NCBI GenBank assembly: GCA_977862235.1
Contig: OZ374561.1
Location: forward strand, 1,798,001-1,862,000
Direction: 5' to 3'
Length of the DNA: 64,000 bases
DNA from: Dudresnaya verticillata
Lineage: Eukaryota
Shown here: in pieces, positions 19,854 to 31,797 of the stretch
Layout: the number at the start of each line of letters is the position of its first letter
Position numbering within the stretch: position 1 is the stretch's first letter
Translations under genes and position numbers: made by a program
The notes under the pieces: model-generated
Told to the model about the DNA's origin: nothing
Databases searched by the model: none
What the model saw: the letters and a program-made list of their open reading frames with translations, nothing else

Positions 19854-22565
19854 ATGCCTACATCTAATGGCGATACAACGCGCCCCGGCTTATCTAGCCG
19901 AGGCGCCAGTCGTACAGGCAGCCTTGCCTCTGTAAGAACGGTAGGCGCCCGCACCCGTGCGGTCGTAACCGCTCTTGCAAACAATCCGGCAACGGAGGAG
20001 CTGGGACCGCCGCCCCAAACGACCGGCGTCCCAGCTGAAGAAGAACCACCTGGCCCTGGTAGGGATCAGGTCCCTGACGGAGAAAATACGGTCCGAACCG
20101 TTGGAGAAGCCCCCGCTGACAACGGGGAGAACGAAGGTCCAGGCCGTATAATGATGCCGCCGCCCCTGGCGTTAGCCAGTGTTCAAGCTATGGGCGGACG
20201 AGCCCAGGAAGAAGAAACTCCGGCAACTCCGGACGAGGAGTTGCCAATTCGAACGAAGTATCATTCGTCTGAAATCCGCTGCTTCACGGAGCGTGAGATT
20301 GGACGAATGGTCGAATTAGGCATCGAGAGATCCTTGACGACGAGCGTCGTGGCATTGTGGGAAAGCCAAGCTGATGATACCTTTCTAAAGGTCAAGAGGT
20401 ACATTGACGAGGCATCCGCGCGCTGTGATGATCGCCTCCTGGCGAGGTGTCAACAAGAGATTGAATCTCGAGGTCGACCAGGTCCTCTCAGAGGATTAGA
20501 CGAAGAGAGGGTCGAAACCCTGCAGGCGCAAGTGGATTCCCTCGGGGACCAATTGGATACCGTCCACGAGGAACTACACGCACTCAACAAGGTTACCGAC
20601 CTAACAAGGACAGAAGCCGTAATGGCTATACAAGACGTTCAACGGAACGTCGACGACACAAGGTGTGTCGAACAAGATCGAGCCATCGAGCTTTTACGCA
20701 AAGATCTCGATGGAGAGAGACGGAAGGTCGCGTTGCTAGAAGCAAAGATGAGGCGACTTAATCGTGAAAGGGACTTAATCCCTGAAGTCAAACGACGACG
20801 CTCCCCTGTGCCTCGAGGTACCAGGGACCGTCGCAAGACGTCTCCTCGACGTGACTCGGGAGGGGAGTCTGGAAATGACGACTTTGGTCGTGAGAGGACG
20901 GAACACCCTCGGTGTGATTGCCGGGCGACGCACGGTTCCAACGTGTGCCGCAGCCGGCTTGACTCACGCCAAGACCGGTACTCAAGCCGCAAAGCTGAAG
21001 ATCAACGCCGAAGCAATTCCTACCCCGCTCCGAACCACTCGGATGAAGATGAACCCACCTCGCGAGGTCTTTCCCGACCGTCATGGAGCTCTTGGAGAGG
21101 CCCACGTCGGACGGGACTCAAGGAGTTGACTCCACGAAACCCTTCCTTTGTACAGGTTCTTTCGTATCGACGCTATCGGTTGTTGAATGTCGATTCATAT
21201 CGAGGACCGGAAGTAACGGAAGCCACTTCCAAGAATATCAAACGGGTTAAATCCGTAATGAGAAGTCGCCGCTTTGATGGGCGTGACCCAGTTTCCATAA
21301 TTGGCTTTCTGGCCACGTTGAAACGACAGTTGGATCAAGCCCAAGTCAGTGAAGGCGCTGCCATTCTGGTTATCCCAGAGTTCTTGGAAAAAGACGCTAA
21401 GGACATGTTCGAAGCCAATTTCGATGCCGCAGGTGACGACAATGGGGGTTTCAATGAGTGGCCGGAAGCCATTAATTACCTCCTGCGTACTTACGCAAAG
21501 GACGTCTACATCGAGAAGATTTCTTCTGAGATGGACACGATGATTCAGGAGTCTGATGAGGAGGAGGTTACGTTTTCGAGACGTTTGCAGAACAAAGCGC
21601 GAAAGGTCGCAGGTGTTTACTCAGAGCAAGACCTGATCACACGTTTTATACGAGGGCTACTACCTGCGGTCAAACCGCTTTTGAGTACGTCATCACTGGA
21701 CCCTCGCACGGCGCGACTGGCAGACTACGTTGAGCTCGCAACGGCTCAGGGAGATTCCCACCGAGCCCTTGTGGGTGGTGGACGCTCCAAGAAGGTGAGC
21801 TCAACGCTACCCCGGAAAACCCTCTCCAGGGTGAAGACGCACAAGTCTGGACGAGCTCTTCTCATTTGCCAGAATAAGAAGCAGGTGTCCTCGGATTCCG
21901 ATTCATCAAAGAGCAGTAGCTCTGACGCGGATAGCGAGGACGCTGTGGTGGCTGCCATCGACCACGAGGCGCCTCCATCCACGGTAACCCAATCAGACTT
22001 ATGGTCTGGGGCACCCAGTGACCAACCATACTATGGTGAAGTGGAAGCGGTTCTACAGAACTACAACCACCGATTGCCTGGATGGGCACAACCAACAAGG
22101 ACTCAGCGTCCTGGGTGGGTAACAGTCGAAGATGCACCCAATGACATTTGTTTCGAGTGCTATGGCGTGGGCCACAAGAAACCGAATTGCCCATATCTGG
22201 CTCGCACGGATGAACCGTCATTTGAGGCGCTAAAACGCCGACAGTTTTATCACTTGTCGCGCGAGCAGAAGACATGGTTAGCCACCATAAGGCGCCTACC
22301 CGAGTTCGCAAACAGAGATATCCGTGGGGACCACCGCGACTACGCATCGTCAGGTCGGGCCGGTGGGCCGCCGCCAGGCACGCATCAAAATTTGGGGTCA
22401 ACCCCAGGCAGGAACGGACATGTCCAATTTCAAGCGGGGCTTAATCACCCGGTTGACACTCCCAGACACCCACCGGCGGCGCCACGCTCGCCAAGACCAG
22501 GGTCGCGAACCCTTCCGCCGCCTCCACCGCTTCCGCGGTCGCCTGCTAGCAGGGCGAAAAACTAG
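19854..22565 (+). CDS. gag: Gypsy Gag, 903 aa, with long N-terminal extension
   Basis: Capsid-like region (FDGRDPVSIIGFL...FIRGLLP) and CCHC knuckle CFECYGVGHKKPNC. Confidence 0.9.
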   Translation: MPTSNGDTTRPGLSSRGASRTGSLASVRTVGARTRAVVTALANNPATEELGPPPQTTGVPAEEEPPGPGRDQVPDGENTVRTVGEAPADNGENEGPGRIMMPPPLALASVQAMGGRAQEEETPATPDEELPIRTKYHSSEIRCFTEREIGRMVELGIERSLTTSVVALWESQADDTFLKVKRYIDEASARCDDRLLARCQQEIESRGRPGPLRGLDEERVETLQAQVDSLGDQLDTVHEELHALNKVTDLTRTEAVMAIQDVQRNVDDTRCVEQDRAIELLRKDLDGERRKVALLEAKMRRLNRERDLIPEVKRRRSPVPRGTRDRRKTSPRRDSGGESGNDDFGRERTEHPRCDCRATHGSNVCRSRLDSRQDRYSSRKAEDQRRSNSYPAPNHSDEDEPTSRGLSRPSWSSWRGPRRTGLKELTPRNPSFVQVLSYRRYRLLNVDSYRGPEVTEATSKNIKRVKSVMRSRRFDGRDPVSIIGFLATLKRQLDQAQVSEGAAILVIPEFLEKDAKDMFEANFDAAGDDNGGFNEWPEAINYLLRTYAKDVYIEKISSEMDTMIQESDEEEVTFSRRLQNKARKVAGVYSEQDLITRFIRGLLPAVKPLLSTSSLDPRTARLADYVELATAQGDSHRALVGGGRSKKVSSTLPRKTLSRVKTHKSGRALLICQNKKQVSSDSDSSKSSSSDADSEDAVVAAIDHEAPPSTVTQSDLWSGAPSDQPYYGEVEAVLQNYNHRLPGWAQPTRTQRPGWVTVEDAPNDICFECYGVGHKKPNCPYLARTDEPSFEALKRRQFYHLSREQKTWLATIRRLPEFANRDIRGDHRDYASSGRAGGPPPGTHQNLGSTPGRNGHVQFQAGLNHPVDTPRHPPAAPRSPRPGSRTLPPPPPLPRSPASRAKN

Positions 22566-25500
22566 CTAGGGGGGAACCGGTTTCGGTTCACTGGGGAACC
22601 CCAGTCGTATCGGAACCCCCCGATCCTTCAGAGAAATGTGACTTCTTAAGCTCCTCCTCTACCAACCGATCGGTGTCGCGGGAAACCCCGCCTTCTCTTC
22701 CAAAGAAGATTTTAGAACGCCCTGTGGGCCTACCTCCCGGGTATTGTGGTGCAAGACCGTGGGGTAAGCCCCGTTTTATATCGCTACACCCGCCCGCGCG
22801 GTGAGCGGACGACGGTACACGCGGATCACCCGCGACTATAACATACGCCGATTACCGGCAGCTTGGATGGGCCCGTGCGCGGATGCCGCGCGTGCGAGAT
22901 CCGGCCAATGGTTGACGCGCCCTTGGCACGGTGCGTGCGCGCCCATACAGCACGCGCCAACAGCACACAAGGGCGACACGTCTCCACGTGTACACGCGCA
23001 ACACGCGCACCGAATATATCCGAGGGGATCCTCGCTCGGGTGCGCTCCAGCAATGCGCACCCTTAGATTACACTGATTTACAGTGCGGTAGTAGTATTTC
23101 TACGCTAGGTATTTCTGCGCGATATTTTAGTGAGCTCGCGGTGCGCGCGCATGCCAAGTGTCAAGCGCACGGCGCCACACACGCGCGCGCATCTCCTGCG
23201 GGGGATACTTAGTATACGGGGTGAACCCCCCTCACAGTAAAGCGCCAAGCAGGCCTAGGAACTCGAGGATACCCCCACCTTCGCACCTGGTGACGACACC
23301 GTGCGCGACTTGGGCTTACGTACCCCGTTCTACCGCCTGGCTTCAACAGCACTCAGCGGCGTAATCGCCTTCATCGTTCTACGTGCACTACGGCACTCCA
23401 ACGTGGGCCGGGGATTTACAGTCGGCCCCGCCCACGTTTCAACCACCCGGGGCACACCCCGTGTCCCTAGCTCTACCACCCAACCGGCGCCGACTTCACC
23501 GTCGTCGCCTGCTACCAACCCGTGGGAGGACCACTTCGAACTCTGGTTCTGGGGTTGCGCCCTTGTTCGGGCGTTGCACCACAGGTATAAGTATCATGAG
23601 TATGTTAAGGACCCAGTTTTCTCTCTTTCGAGATACAACTATAAAGTTGTCGCGTCCGTGGGGACTTCTGTTGAGAAACTTACTCAAGTGCTCTCAGTCT
23701 TGGACACTGGGGCGGGCCCAAACCTCATCCGAGCCGACGTGCTCTCTTTGGAAGAACGGAAGAAGATATCTTCGACCGGATCGATCGTGAATTTGACATC
23801 CGCGTCAAGTCACCGCTTAACAACTATGGGAATGATCTCCCTGGCCGTCAGAATTGGCTCCTACACGGTTCGACAACCGTTCGTCGTAGTCAAGGCATTA
23901 GCCGTTGATATGATCTTGGGCTGTACCTTTATCGATACCCATGTCGAGGCGTTGCGTGTACGCAAACAAACCATCGCGCTACGGGACGGCTCGGTACAAC
24001 CGATTCTACGGCGTCGGTGCGGTATCCCGAGAGCCACGAGCTCTGGCGAGCCCATGGAGGTCCCTCCCCTACCTAACTCGCGACTCGTGAGAGTTGCCCA
24101 AACAACTAACTTACTACCAGGTTCAGAAACCTGGGTCGCCGTCACGTGCACGGCCAAAGGAACGCACTTCCTAGATTCGTCCCAACGTCTATACGACCGT
24201 CAACAAGTGATCATCACGAATGGCATCGTCAAACTCCAAGAGAATGTTCTCTTCCGGGTCAAGGTTGCCAACTTTTCTTCCCGCACACAGCGGTTGAACA
24301 AACACCAAGTGATTGGTCGCGCAGTTCCAGCTCCCACGGCCACGCCTGCATATTCGGTTTCCATCGACGACGTCTCCGAGGATACAGTCTCACAACAAAA
24401 GGACACGAATCCTCAAACGGAGACATCCTTCGATGTAGGGGGGGCAGGGCTGGCTGCTGCTCTTGGCGCGACCAATTCCAAACCGGGCGTTACAACCGCC
24501 GCTGAGAAGCTAACAGTCGATGACTTAGCCCTGGAACACCTCTCTACGTCTGAAAGACGTCTCGTGCGCAAGATGTTGCGACCCTTCGCAGATATGTGGA
24601 ACGGGAAGCTCGGGACCATAAAGGTCACGGAGCATCGAATCGATCTCACTGACGGGGCAAAACCCGTATTTGCACAACCATATCGGTCTGGACCGAAGGC
24701 GCGACAAGCGGAGCAAGATGAAGTCGACAAGATGTTGAAGGAAGGGGTCATAGAGCCAGCGCGCTCTGAGTTCGCAAGTCCAATGGTACTGGTGAAGAAG
24801 CCAGACGGATCCCTCCGTTTCTGCGTTGATTACAGAAAGCTTAACGCGATAACCATCAAGGATTCTTACCCTCTCCCGCGAATGGACGAGTGCTTAGACT
24901 CGTTGGGTGACGCCCAATATTTTACAACCCTTGATTGCAATTCAGGGTACTGGCAGATACCAGTCGCGGCGGAGGATAAGCCAAAGACCGCTTTTACCTG
25001 TCATGCAGGTTGCTTTCAGTTCTGCAGAATGCCATTCGGTCTGTGCAACGCACCAGCAACGTTTCAACGAACAGTTGACATTTTACTATCGGGATTCCGA
25101 TGGAAGTCTTGTCTCGTCTACTTGGACGACATCATAGTCTTCTCTAAGAGTGTCACCGAACACTTAGGTCACGTTCAAGAGATCCTCTCTGTGTTGAAGG
25201 AAGCGGGTGTGTCGCTCAAGTTGAAGAAGTGTAATTTCTTCACAAAAAGCGTGGACTACCTCGGACACGTGATCCGACCTGGTCTCCTGGAGGTAGCTAC
25301 CAAGAATACACAAGCAATCGAAGGCTTCAAGAAACCTACGACGCAAACGCAACTACGGTCGTTCATTGGGCTATGCAACGTCTATAGACGTTTCGTACCG
25401 AAATTTGCACGCGTAGCGTCTCCGCTTAATAGGCTACTACAGAAGGACGTTGGTTTCGAATTACCTCCATTCGATGAACGGCAACGCGAAGCTTTCGCTT

Positions 25501-28007
25501 TACTGAAGAAAGCCCTCATCGCGCCGCCAATACTCCGACTTCCTAAGGAAGACACACCCCTCTCGGTCGATACCGACGCGTGTGACTACCAAATAGGGTG
25601 CGCCCTAATGCAAATGGAACCCGACGGGACTCGACACCCTATTGGCTTTTGGAGTCGGGGCCTAACACCAGCAGAACGGAATTACTCCGTCGGCGAGAAG
25701 GAATGCCTCGCTGTAGTCTGGGCTACCCAAATGCTCAGACCATATTTGGAAAGGTCTCATTTCGACCTCTACACCGACCATCAGGCTGTCAAATGGATGA
25801 TGAGCATGACGGACGCGTCCGGACGTCTAGCGCGATGGCGCTTACGTCTCTTAGAGTATGACTTCACGGTTCAATACCGTAAGGGAAAGAAAAATCAGAT
25901 TGCTGACGCTGTCTCACGTTTACCTACCTATGGTTTTACTAAGTGGGAACCGGATCTCGAGATCCCCTGCTTCATAATCGCTGATAGCGATGGGGAAGAT
26001 CCCCCTGACCCTTTGGCGAAGGAAACATCGCGAGCCAACACCAGGTCGCGACCTTTGGAAGAATGGGAGATGGAACCCGAAGACAATTCGTTCGAGTCGG
26101 GTCTCGAGGACGAGCAACTGATAGCCAACGTGGCTGAGAAGGAAATGGACGAGAAGAGTCTTTCACTCGTCACAATAGAGGAACTTCTTCGCACCCAACG
26201 AACAGACGAATTCTGTAAGGGTATCCGATTAGCCATCGAAGCGGGAAAACCGGGATGTTACCTGGAAGACGAACGCGGACTCCTAGTCCGAAGGTCTTAC
26301 ATTGACCGAGCTTTACAGGTAGTCATACCTAGAGTTCTTCAGGAGAGAGTCCTACATCTTGCACACTACCCGGATATGGCTGGCCATCCTGGTGGCACAC
26401 AGATGTACCACAACTTGAGAAGGCAAGTGTATTGGCCAGACATGGCCCTTGCCGTTTACTCGACAGTGCGTAACTGTGTCAAGTGCGCGATGGAACGAGT
26501 CCAGTTGAGGAAACATACTTCGCACATGAAGTTATTTCCGGCTACTATGCCGCTCGAATTCCTAGGAATCGATATCTTGGGCCCGCTTCCGCGATCAAGC
26601 CAGGGGAACGAGTATCTTCTCGTCATCACCGATCGTTTCTCGAAACTTACACGGGTAGTCCCGTTGAAGACGGTAACGGCTTATACGGTAGCGAGGGCGT
26701 TCTGCGAACACTTGGTGTATATCTACGGGCCACCCCGTTACGTCTTGTCCGACAATGGATCGCAGTTTGCTTCGAAGTTCTTTATTGCCGTCTGCGGCAT
26801 CCTCCGTATTCGGAATATGTTCACCTCTACATATCATCCGCAGACCAATGGTCAGACCGAAAGGTTCAACCGCACCCTTCTAGCAGGGTTGAGACACTTC
26901 ATCGCAGATGATCAAAAAGATTGGGACGAGTTCACGTCGGCACTAACGTATGCGTATAATACGACCGTTCATCGTGCTACGGGATTCGCGCCCGTTGATT
27001 TGGTTCTATCCAACCCACCTACTTCCATCCTCATGGAGAAAGCTGAAACGGTCGACGTAGCTAACGTATCTGCGACTAATGTCAAGAAGCGGCTGACCGC
27101 TAGACTTGAGAAGCTGATGGATACAGCGTTGCCTCGGCTAAAATTAGCGCAACGTCGCTACGAAGCTAACTTCAACAACCGCATGCGTCTGAGCAATCAG
27201 AAGATACGCCCTGGACAATGGGTCTTTCTCGAAAGAGAAACTAAGATGAAAGACGCTGGAGGCGTAGCGCGAGAAGGAAAGCTGTTCCCAAAGGCTCTGG
27301 GGCCTTATAAGGTCCTCGAGAGAGGAACGCACACCGTCGTGCTTGAAGTCAAGGGGGAGCGAGAGTCAATCTCGTTGGACCGCGTGACATTGGCGCCCTC
27401 GCCAGACGAAGAACTCGGAGCTCTAGGACAGGACTCCGCGATAGTTGGTGAAGCACCAGAAGCTGGAAACCACCTGCAACCACCTTCTGGGCCAGAGCCC
27501 ACCGATGAACCTTCCACTGAAGAGGCGCGAAGAGCGCAAGATGAGGAACGCTCAAGAGAGGCTGTGGGACCCGCAAATGCGACGACTGTCCCCTCTCCAT
27601 TAATTGGAAACACTGACAATATCGATAGCACCGTGGGCCCGGTTTCTCCTAACATACCCCCTACAGAGGTATCTGTTTCCCTGTCTCAAGGCGGTAACAC
27701 CCCACAACTCTTACAGGAGTCAAATCCGCCTGCCGCTCCGACGGCAATGCCGGCGATTGAGGATGATGTGACGGCGCCTCGCCGTAAGTTTTCACGCTAT
27801 AAGAAAGCACCCCCACGTGAGTTCGTGTATGACAAAATCGTCAACTATGACGCCGATACCCAAAAGTACCGTATCAGGTGGTTCCAATGCCCAGCGTCGC
27901 AGGACACCTGGGAACCAAGGGATCACCTCCCTGACAATTTAGTCAAACGGTATCACCGTTCCAGGAAGATCCCCCTTCCAGGAGTAACTGCCGACGCAGT
28001 GGCTTAG
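22556..28007 (+). CDS. pol: Gypsy Pol (PR-RT-RNaseH-IN-chromodomain) in the -1 frame, leader interrupted by the solo LTR at 22745-23583
   Basis: LDTGA protease, YLDD RT, TDAC RNase H, HHCC and DDE integrase, GPY, chromodomain KYRIRW...DTWEP. Confidence 0.95.
22745..23583. mobile_element. Solo LTR (839 bp) of a third family inserted in the Gypsy pol leader
   Basis: 10-bp terminal inverted repeat TGTGGTGCAA/TTGCACCACA; TSD GGTAT (22740-22744, 23584-23588); removal restores the pol frame. Confidence 0.9.
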
Positions 28008-28200
28008 TCGATAGACGAAGACGTGGAGTCTCGGGAAAACACAGCCCTAGAGCTCTACAGAAAGAGACTGTCGGCTTAACATGGAAAAGGAGGAGTCAAT
28101 CTCCTGCAGCGAGGGTTGGGTTGCTTGTGGAAGCCGTCATTATATGAAACGTGGAACACGTATGCTGGTGAAGAAAAGGTTGATACCTTGGTTTGGTTAG

Positions 28201-28325
28201 AAGATATGGATAGATGAATGGAGATTCAAGATATGGATAGAAGACATGGATAGATGTGGATAGATGTACAGAAGGTTCAAGACCTGGAATAGATGAGATC
28301 AAGGGAAACCTGGACATGGGTAGAA
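28201..28325 (+). repeat. Degenerate short-unit array (AAGAYATGGATAGA-like) after Gypsy pol
   Basis: About 4-6 imperfect copies of (A/G)TGGATAGA. Confidence 0.6.
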
Positions 28326-29282
28326 CCCTGTAATAATAAGACTGGAGCCAACGCTCACATGTATAGAAAGAAATACTACCACCGGTAGGAAGGAAGCTTT
28401 ATGCCAATATGGTAATTAAGCTATGGGGATAGGCTCCAGCCACTTATGGATTGAAATCCAGGAGTGAGGATCTGCCCTCATGTTGGACACCTCCACCACG
28501 GCAATAATCGTGACGGGAATCCACGAAAATACACTCGTCTGCCCTAGCAGAGTTACCATAACTTTGTCGCCATTACGAGGCCGTCGCGGGTGAGGCTTAC
28601 TACCATGGAGGAGTCGCCTCACCATAACGGTGACCTGACGGCCGCAGATGTGGCATAAGCCCCCTTGTCGACGACGACTAGGGGATGTTAACGACCTTCT
28701 TCGAGGGAAAGGACGGTGTGTTGCTCCAGACGCCATAGAGGCGAATTGACCCGCAAATCAGCTATGGCTGAAGAGTCCCTACATCGGTTGGCGCCAACAA
28801 GAACGTAGCTCTACAGTATGTTTTTGTCTACTGTAGAGTCGCCTCTATCATTGCTGGCAATAACTGATTTGGCGAAGCGCCAAGGGAGGCGGATTGACTA
28901 ACGAATCATTATCCTTTGGCACCACAATCCACGGGGCACTGCCCCGGCACCCCCGGCTCTCGCCACCAACTTCCTTGAGGAGTCTACCGCGCATGTGCAC
29001 GCGACTCCCTCTCCGAGTGAAGGACCTAGAAAAGAAAAGGGCGCGACGGCCTTGAGTTAAAGGAAGTCACTCGACGAACGTCGACGGGGGCTCCTTCGGA
29101 GCCTAGTCGCAGAGGCTTGTTAATGAGGGCCCCCTCAGTGGTTGGCTCTACTTATGGAAATCGGCGTACCGAAGTGACACAAACAACAACAAGTCACTTT
29201 ACTTCAGCGGATAAGCCGCTCTTGCCCAAGTGTGGCGAATTACGTGGCTCACGAGCCATTACTCGAAGAAGGACAACTTCGG

Positions 29283-31559
29283 CTAATCCGATAACAGGTC
29301 AATAACCTCATCCTCACCCAACGGAGGATTCGGCTTAGGTGCCGAGTGAGATACGACGACACGTCGCACCTCGCGCACGACGTGACGACTCTCCCCTCCG
29401 CGACGCAGACCACGACCACGCCGACTCCCCTCTAACTCATTTAACGCACGGCGACTGGCCGTTGGCTGGTCCACTTCCATGGCATCAACGCCATCGGTCT
29501 GGCTACCCTGTACGGGAGGGGCTACTTTGTCCTCTTCCTTCACGACGAGCTCAGTCTTCACGACGACGTCGTCTTGAGGGGTTACGTTGGACTCTCCAAC
29601 AGTGGGCGAAGGCCCAGTCTCGACATCCGCAGGCTTCTCGCTCTCTTGGCCGGTGCCACTTGGTTTAACCACCAGGGAGTCGCCCTTAGTACGACTAGCA
29701 TCGGGCTGGCCCCGAGAATCATCTCGGGGAGAGATCGTGTTGAGAAACTCGCCAGTAGCGACGAAGCCAGACATGTGCGTCGTAGGAGCAGCCGGCGCCA
29801 TCGTCGATGATGAGGCGCCCGCTGTATTCATCGGCTTGGGAGCCGAGTGGGAAATGGCAGCTCCATGACTCGCCGAAGGCGCCACAGCTGACTCTTCGCG
29901 AGGAACCACCGAGGTGTCACCACCTGTCATTGCGCGCGGATCCAAACCATCGACCTTGGCCGATTCCCTCTTCACTCGCGGCGTAGCAGAATGGCCAACG
30001 CCCAAACGCGGTTTGATGTCAACATCAGCGGGGTATCCCTTCAAGGGTGGGAGCCTTGACAAATGGGTACGAAGTTTCTCCAAACGCTCCACAGGACCTG
30101 GAGTCCTCATCCAATTGGACTCATAGTCCACCATCACCTCCTCGACCCAGTCGACGAGGCTGTTAACGGTGAGATTCCGTAGTTCCCAATGCACCGCGAG
30201 GCGGATAGCCAAACCCCGTTTGTTGAAGACGTCACGCAAGACGTGGTTGGCCTTACCATGGCCAGTTGATGCCGTCGCGTACGGACCTTGAGACTGACCA
30301 TCGACAGTGTCGTCGAATGACGGGACGTCACCTGGAGTCTCCGGACCGGGGTCCTGCCAACTGGCGCTCACCCACCCGTGAGTCACACCGGTAATGCGGT
30401 TTCCCTCATCCAAGACCAGGGGTCTCTCCTCTGTCGGCTCAGGCTGAATCAAGAAGTCCGGCAACACCGGATGCCAATCTTCTGGGTCAAAGTCCACCCA
30501 ATCTCCTCGGTCATATACAGGAGTGAGATGACAGGTGTTCTCCCGGAGATGAAGATTCCGTTTGGAGATTCGGCTCCACCGAATGCGGTCTATGAAGACC
30601 AAAAGGGCCTTCAAGTCCTGTGCGTCCTCGGCGTCCGCCGACAGATTGTCGATACCCATCTCCTTGATGGCAGCGCGAAGGGGCTGGTTGATGAAATACA
30701 GCATCCAATGACGGGCCTCATAGACGAGAGTCTGCGCGACCAAGACGATCCACTCGTGACGAAAAAGGGTCCAGAGTACGCTCTCATCCATGGCTCGCGC
30801 CATCATGTTCAGGCCAAAGTAAGCCACGATGGTGGGGGTACCCACTGGCATCGAATATGAGACCTCATACGACGCGTGGTCGTCGGGCACTTGAGGGTAC
30901 TTAGCCCTGTAATACTCTGGTTTGATAGCAACCACCTCTTGGCAATGACAAGGGATGAGGCATCCAGTCTTGTGGCGTTGACGTCGCTCAAAGCGAGAAT
31001 AAGCCAACGGCTTGGCCGTCTGCGGGTTGTCAAGCGCATACTTGAGGTTGGTGGACTCGTCCCACCGGACGATGCGAGCTAGCGTATATGGATAGTTATC
31101 CCGCCCCTTGCGAATAAGGGGGCTGGCATGGCTAACCATGCGCAGGTCCCACTTTCCACTCGAGTGGATTTCCCGCATCGCCCCCAGCTGGTAGTTCAGC
31201 TTCCCGGCGATACAGTTCGTGAAGAACACCTCATGCCTGAATCGCACGTATGCGAGGTCCCAAAGGTAACAGGACGCCTCATCCAGCAGACCGGGAACGA
31301 GTCGGTTGGTCCCGGTCAACATGTCCACTCGAGCACGGCTGACGCTGTTCCACATACGACTCTGAGCACCACGACTCCCGCGTCGTTGGATGTCCTCACG
31401 ACCAGCCCCAGCTCGGGCTTTGATGTGCGCCAAGTCGGTGCGTACCAACCAGTCGCGACTGCGCTTAATGACAATCGGCGCACCCGCCGAGTCGACTTCA
31501 TGGCCAAGAACGCTGGCGCTAGAGCCAGCCTCTCCATAGACGAGACCCAAGTTGGTCAT
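29283..31559 (-). CDS. Antisense accessory ORF of the Gypsy element, 758 aa, unknown function
   Basis: Uninterrupted 2277-nt ORF between pol and the 3' LTR; aromatic-rich N-half, low-complexity C-half. Confidence 0.8.
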   Translation of the reverse strand: MTNLGLVYGEAGSSASVLGHEVDSAGAPIVIKRSRDWLVRTDLAHIKARAGAGREDIQRRGSRGAQSRMWNSVSRARVDMLTGTNRLVPGLLDEASCYLWDLAYVRFRHEVFFTNCIAGKLNYQLGAMREIHSSGKWDLRMVSHASPLIRKGRDNYPYTLARIVRWDESTNLKYALDNPQTAKPLAYSRFERRQRHKTGCLIPCHCQEVVAIKPEYYRAKYPQVPDDHASYEVSYSMPVGTPTIVAYFGLNMMARAMDESVLWTLFRHEWIVLVAQTLVYEARHWMLYFINQPLRAAIKEMGIDNLSADAEDAQDLKALLVFIDRIRWSRISKRNLHLRENTCHLTPVYDRGDWVDFDPEDWHPVLPDFLIQPEPTEERPLVLDEGNRITGVTHGWVSASWQDPGPETPGDVPSFDDTVDGQSQGPYATASTGHGKANHVLRDVFNKRGLAIRLAVHWELRNLTVNSLVDWVEEVMVDYESNWMRTPGPVERLEKLRTHLSRLPPLKGYPADVDIKPRLGVGHSATPRVKRESAKVDGLDPRAMTGGDTSVVPREESAVAPSASHGAAISHSAPKPMNTAGASSSTMAPAAPTTHMSGFVATGEFLNTISPRDDSRGQPDASRTKGDSLVVKPSGTGQESEKPADVETGPSPTVGESNVTPQDDVVVKTELVVKEEDKVAPPVQGSQTDGVDAMEVDQPTASRRALNELEGSRRGRGLRRGGESRHVVREVRRVVVSHSAPKPNPPLGEDEVIDLLSD

Positions 31560-31637
31560 CGCTGTGACGATGCGAACCCCACGTCGCGAGACGTCTCGAG
31601 TTGAAGGCTTTGCAAAATGGGAGCGACCCCAGTTATT

Positions 31638-31797
31638 CTTCTAAGACACGGAGGCCTTGTCTTCGGTATGACCGTCGGCTCCAAAGCCGATCCTAAGAAA
31701 GGCGAGCGCGACCTGAAAATACTTCTAAGGCGCGGAGGCCTTCCTGGAAATGCGTCGGCTCCAAAGCCGATCCTAGGAAAGGCGAGCGCGACCTGAA
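31638..31797. repeat. Two ~80-bp tandem repeats just upstream of the antisense ORF
   Basis: CTTCTAAG..CGGAGGCCTT...CGTCGGCTCCAAAGCCGATCCTA.GAAAGGCGAGCGCGACCTGAA at 31638 and 31722. Confidence 0.85.

Noticed and set aside
23301..23588. N-terminal 96 aa of the 1568-aa pol ORF in the track
   Set aside because: It lies inside the solo LTR (22745-23583); chance in-frame fusion from a GTG, not the real pol start.
29283..31559. env-like gene interpretation of the Gypsy extra ORF
   Set aside because: Antisense orientation, and no signal peptide or transmembrane anchor.
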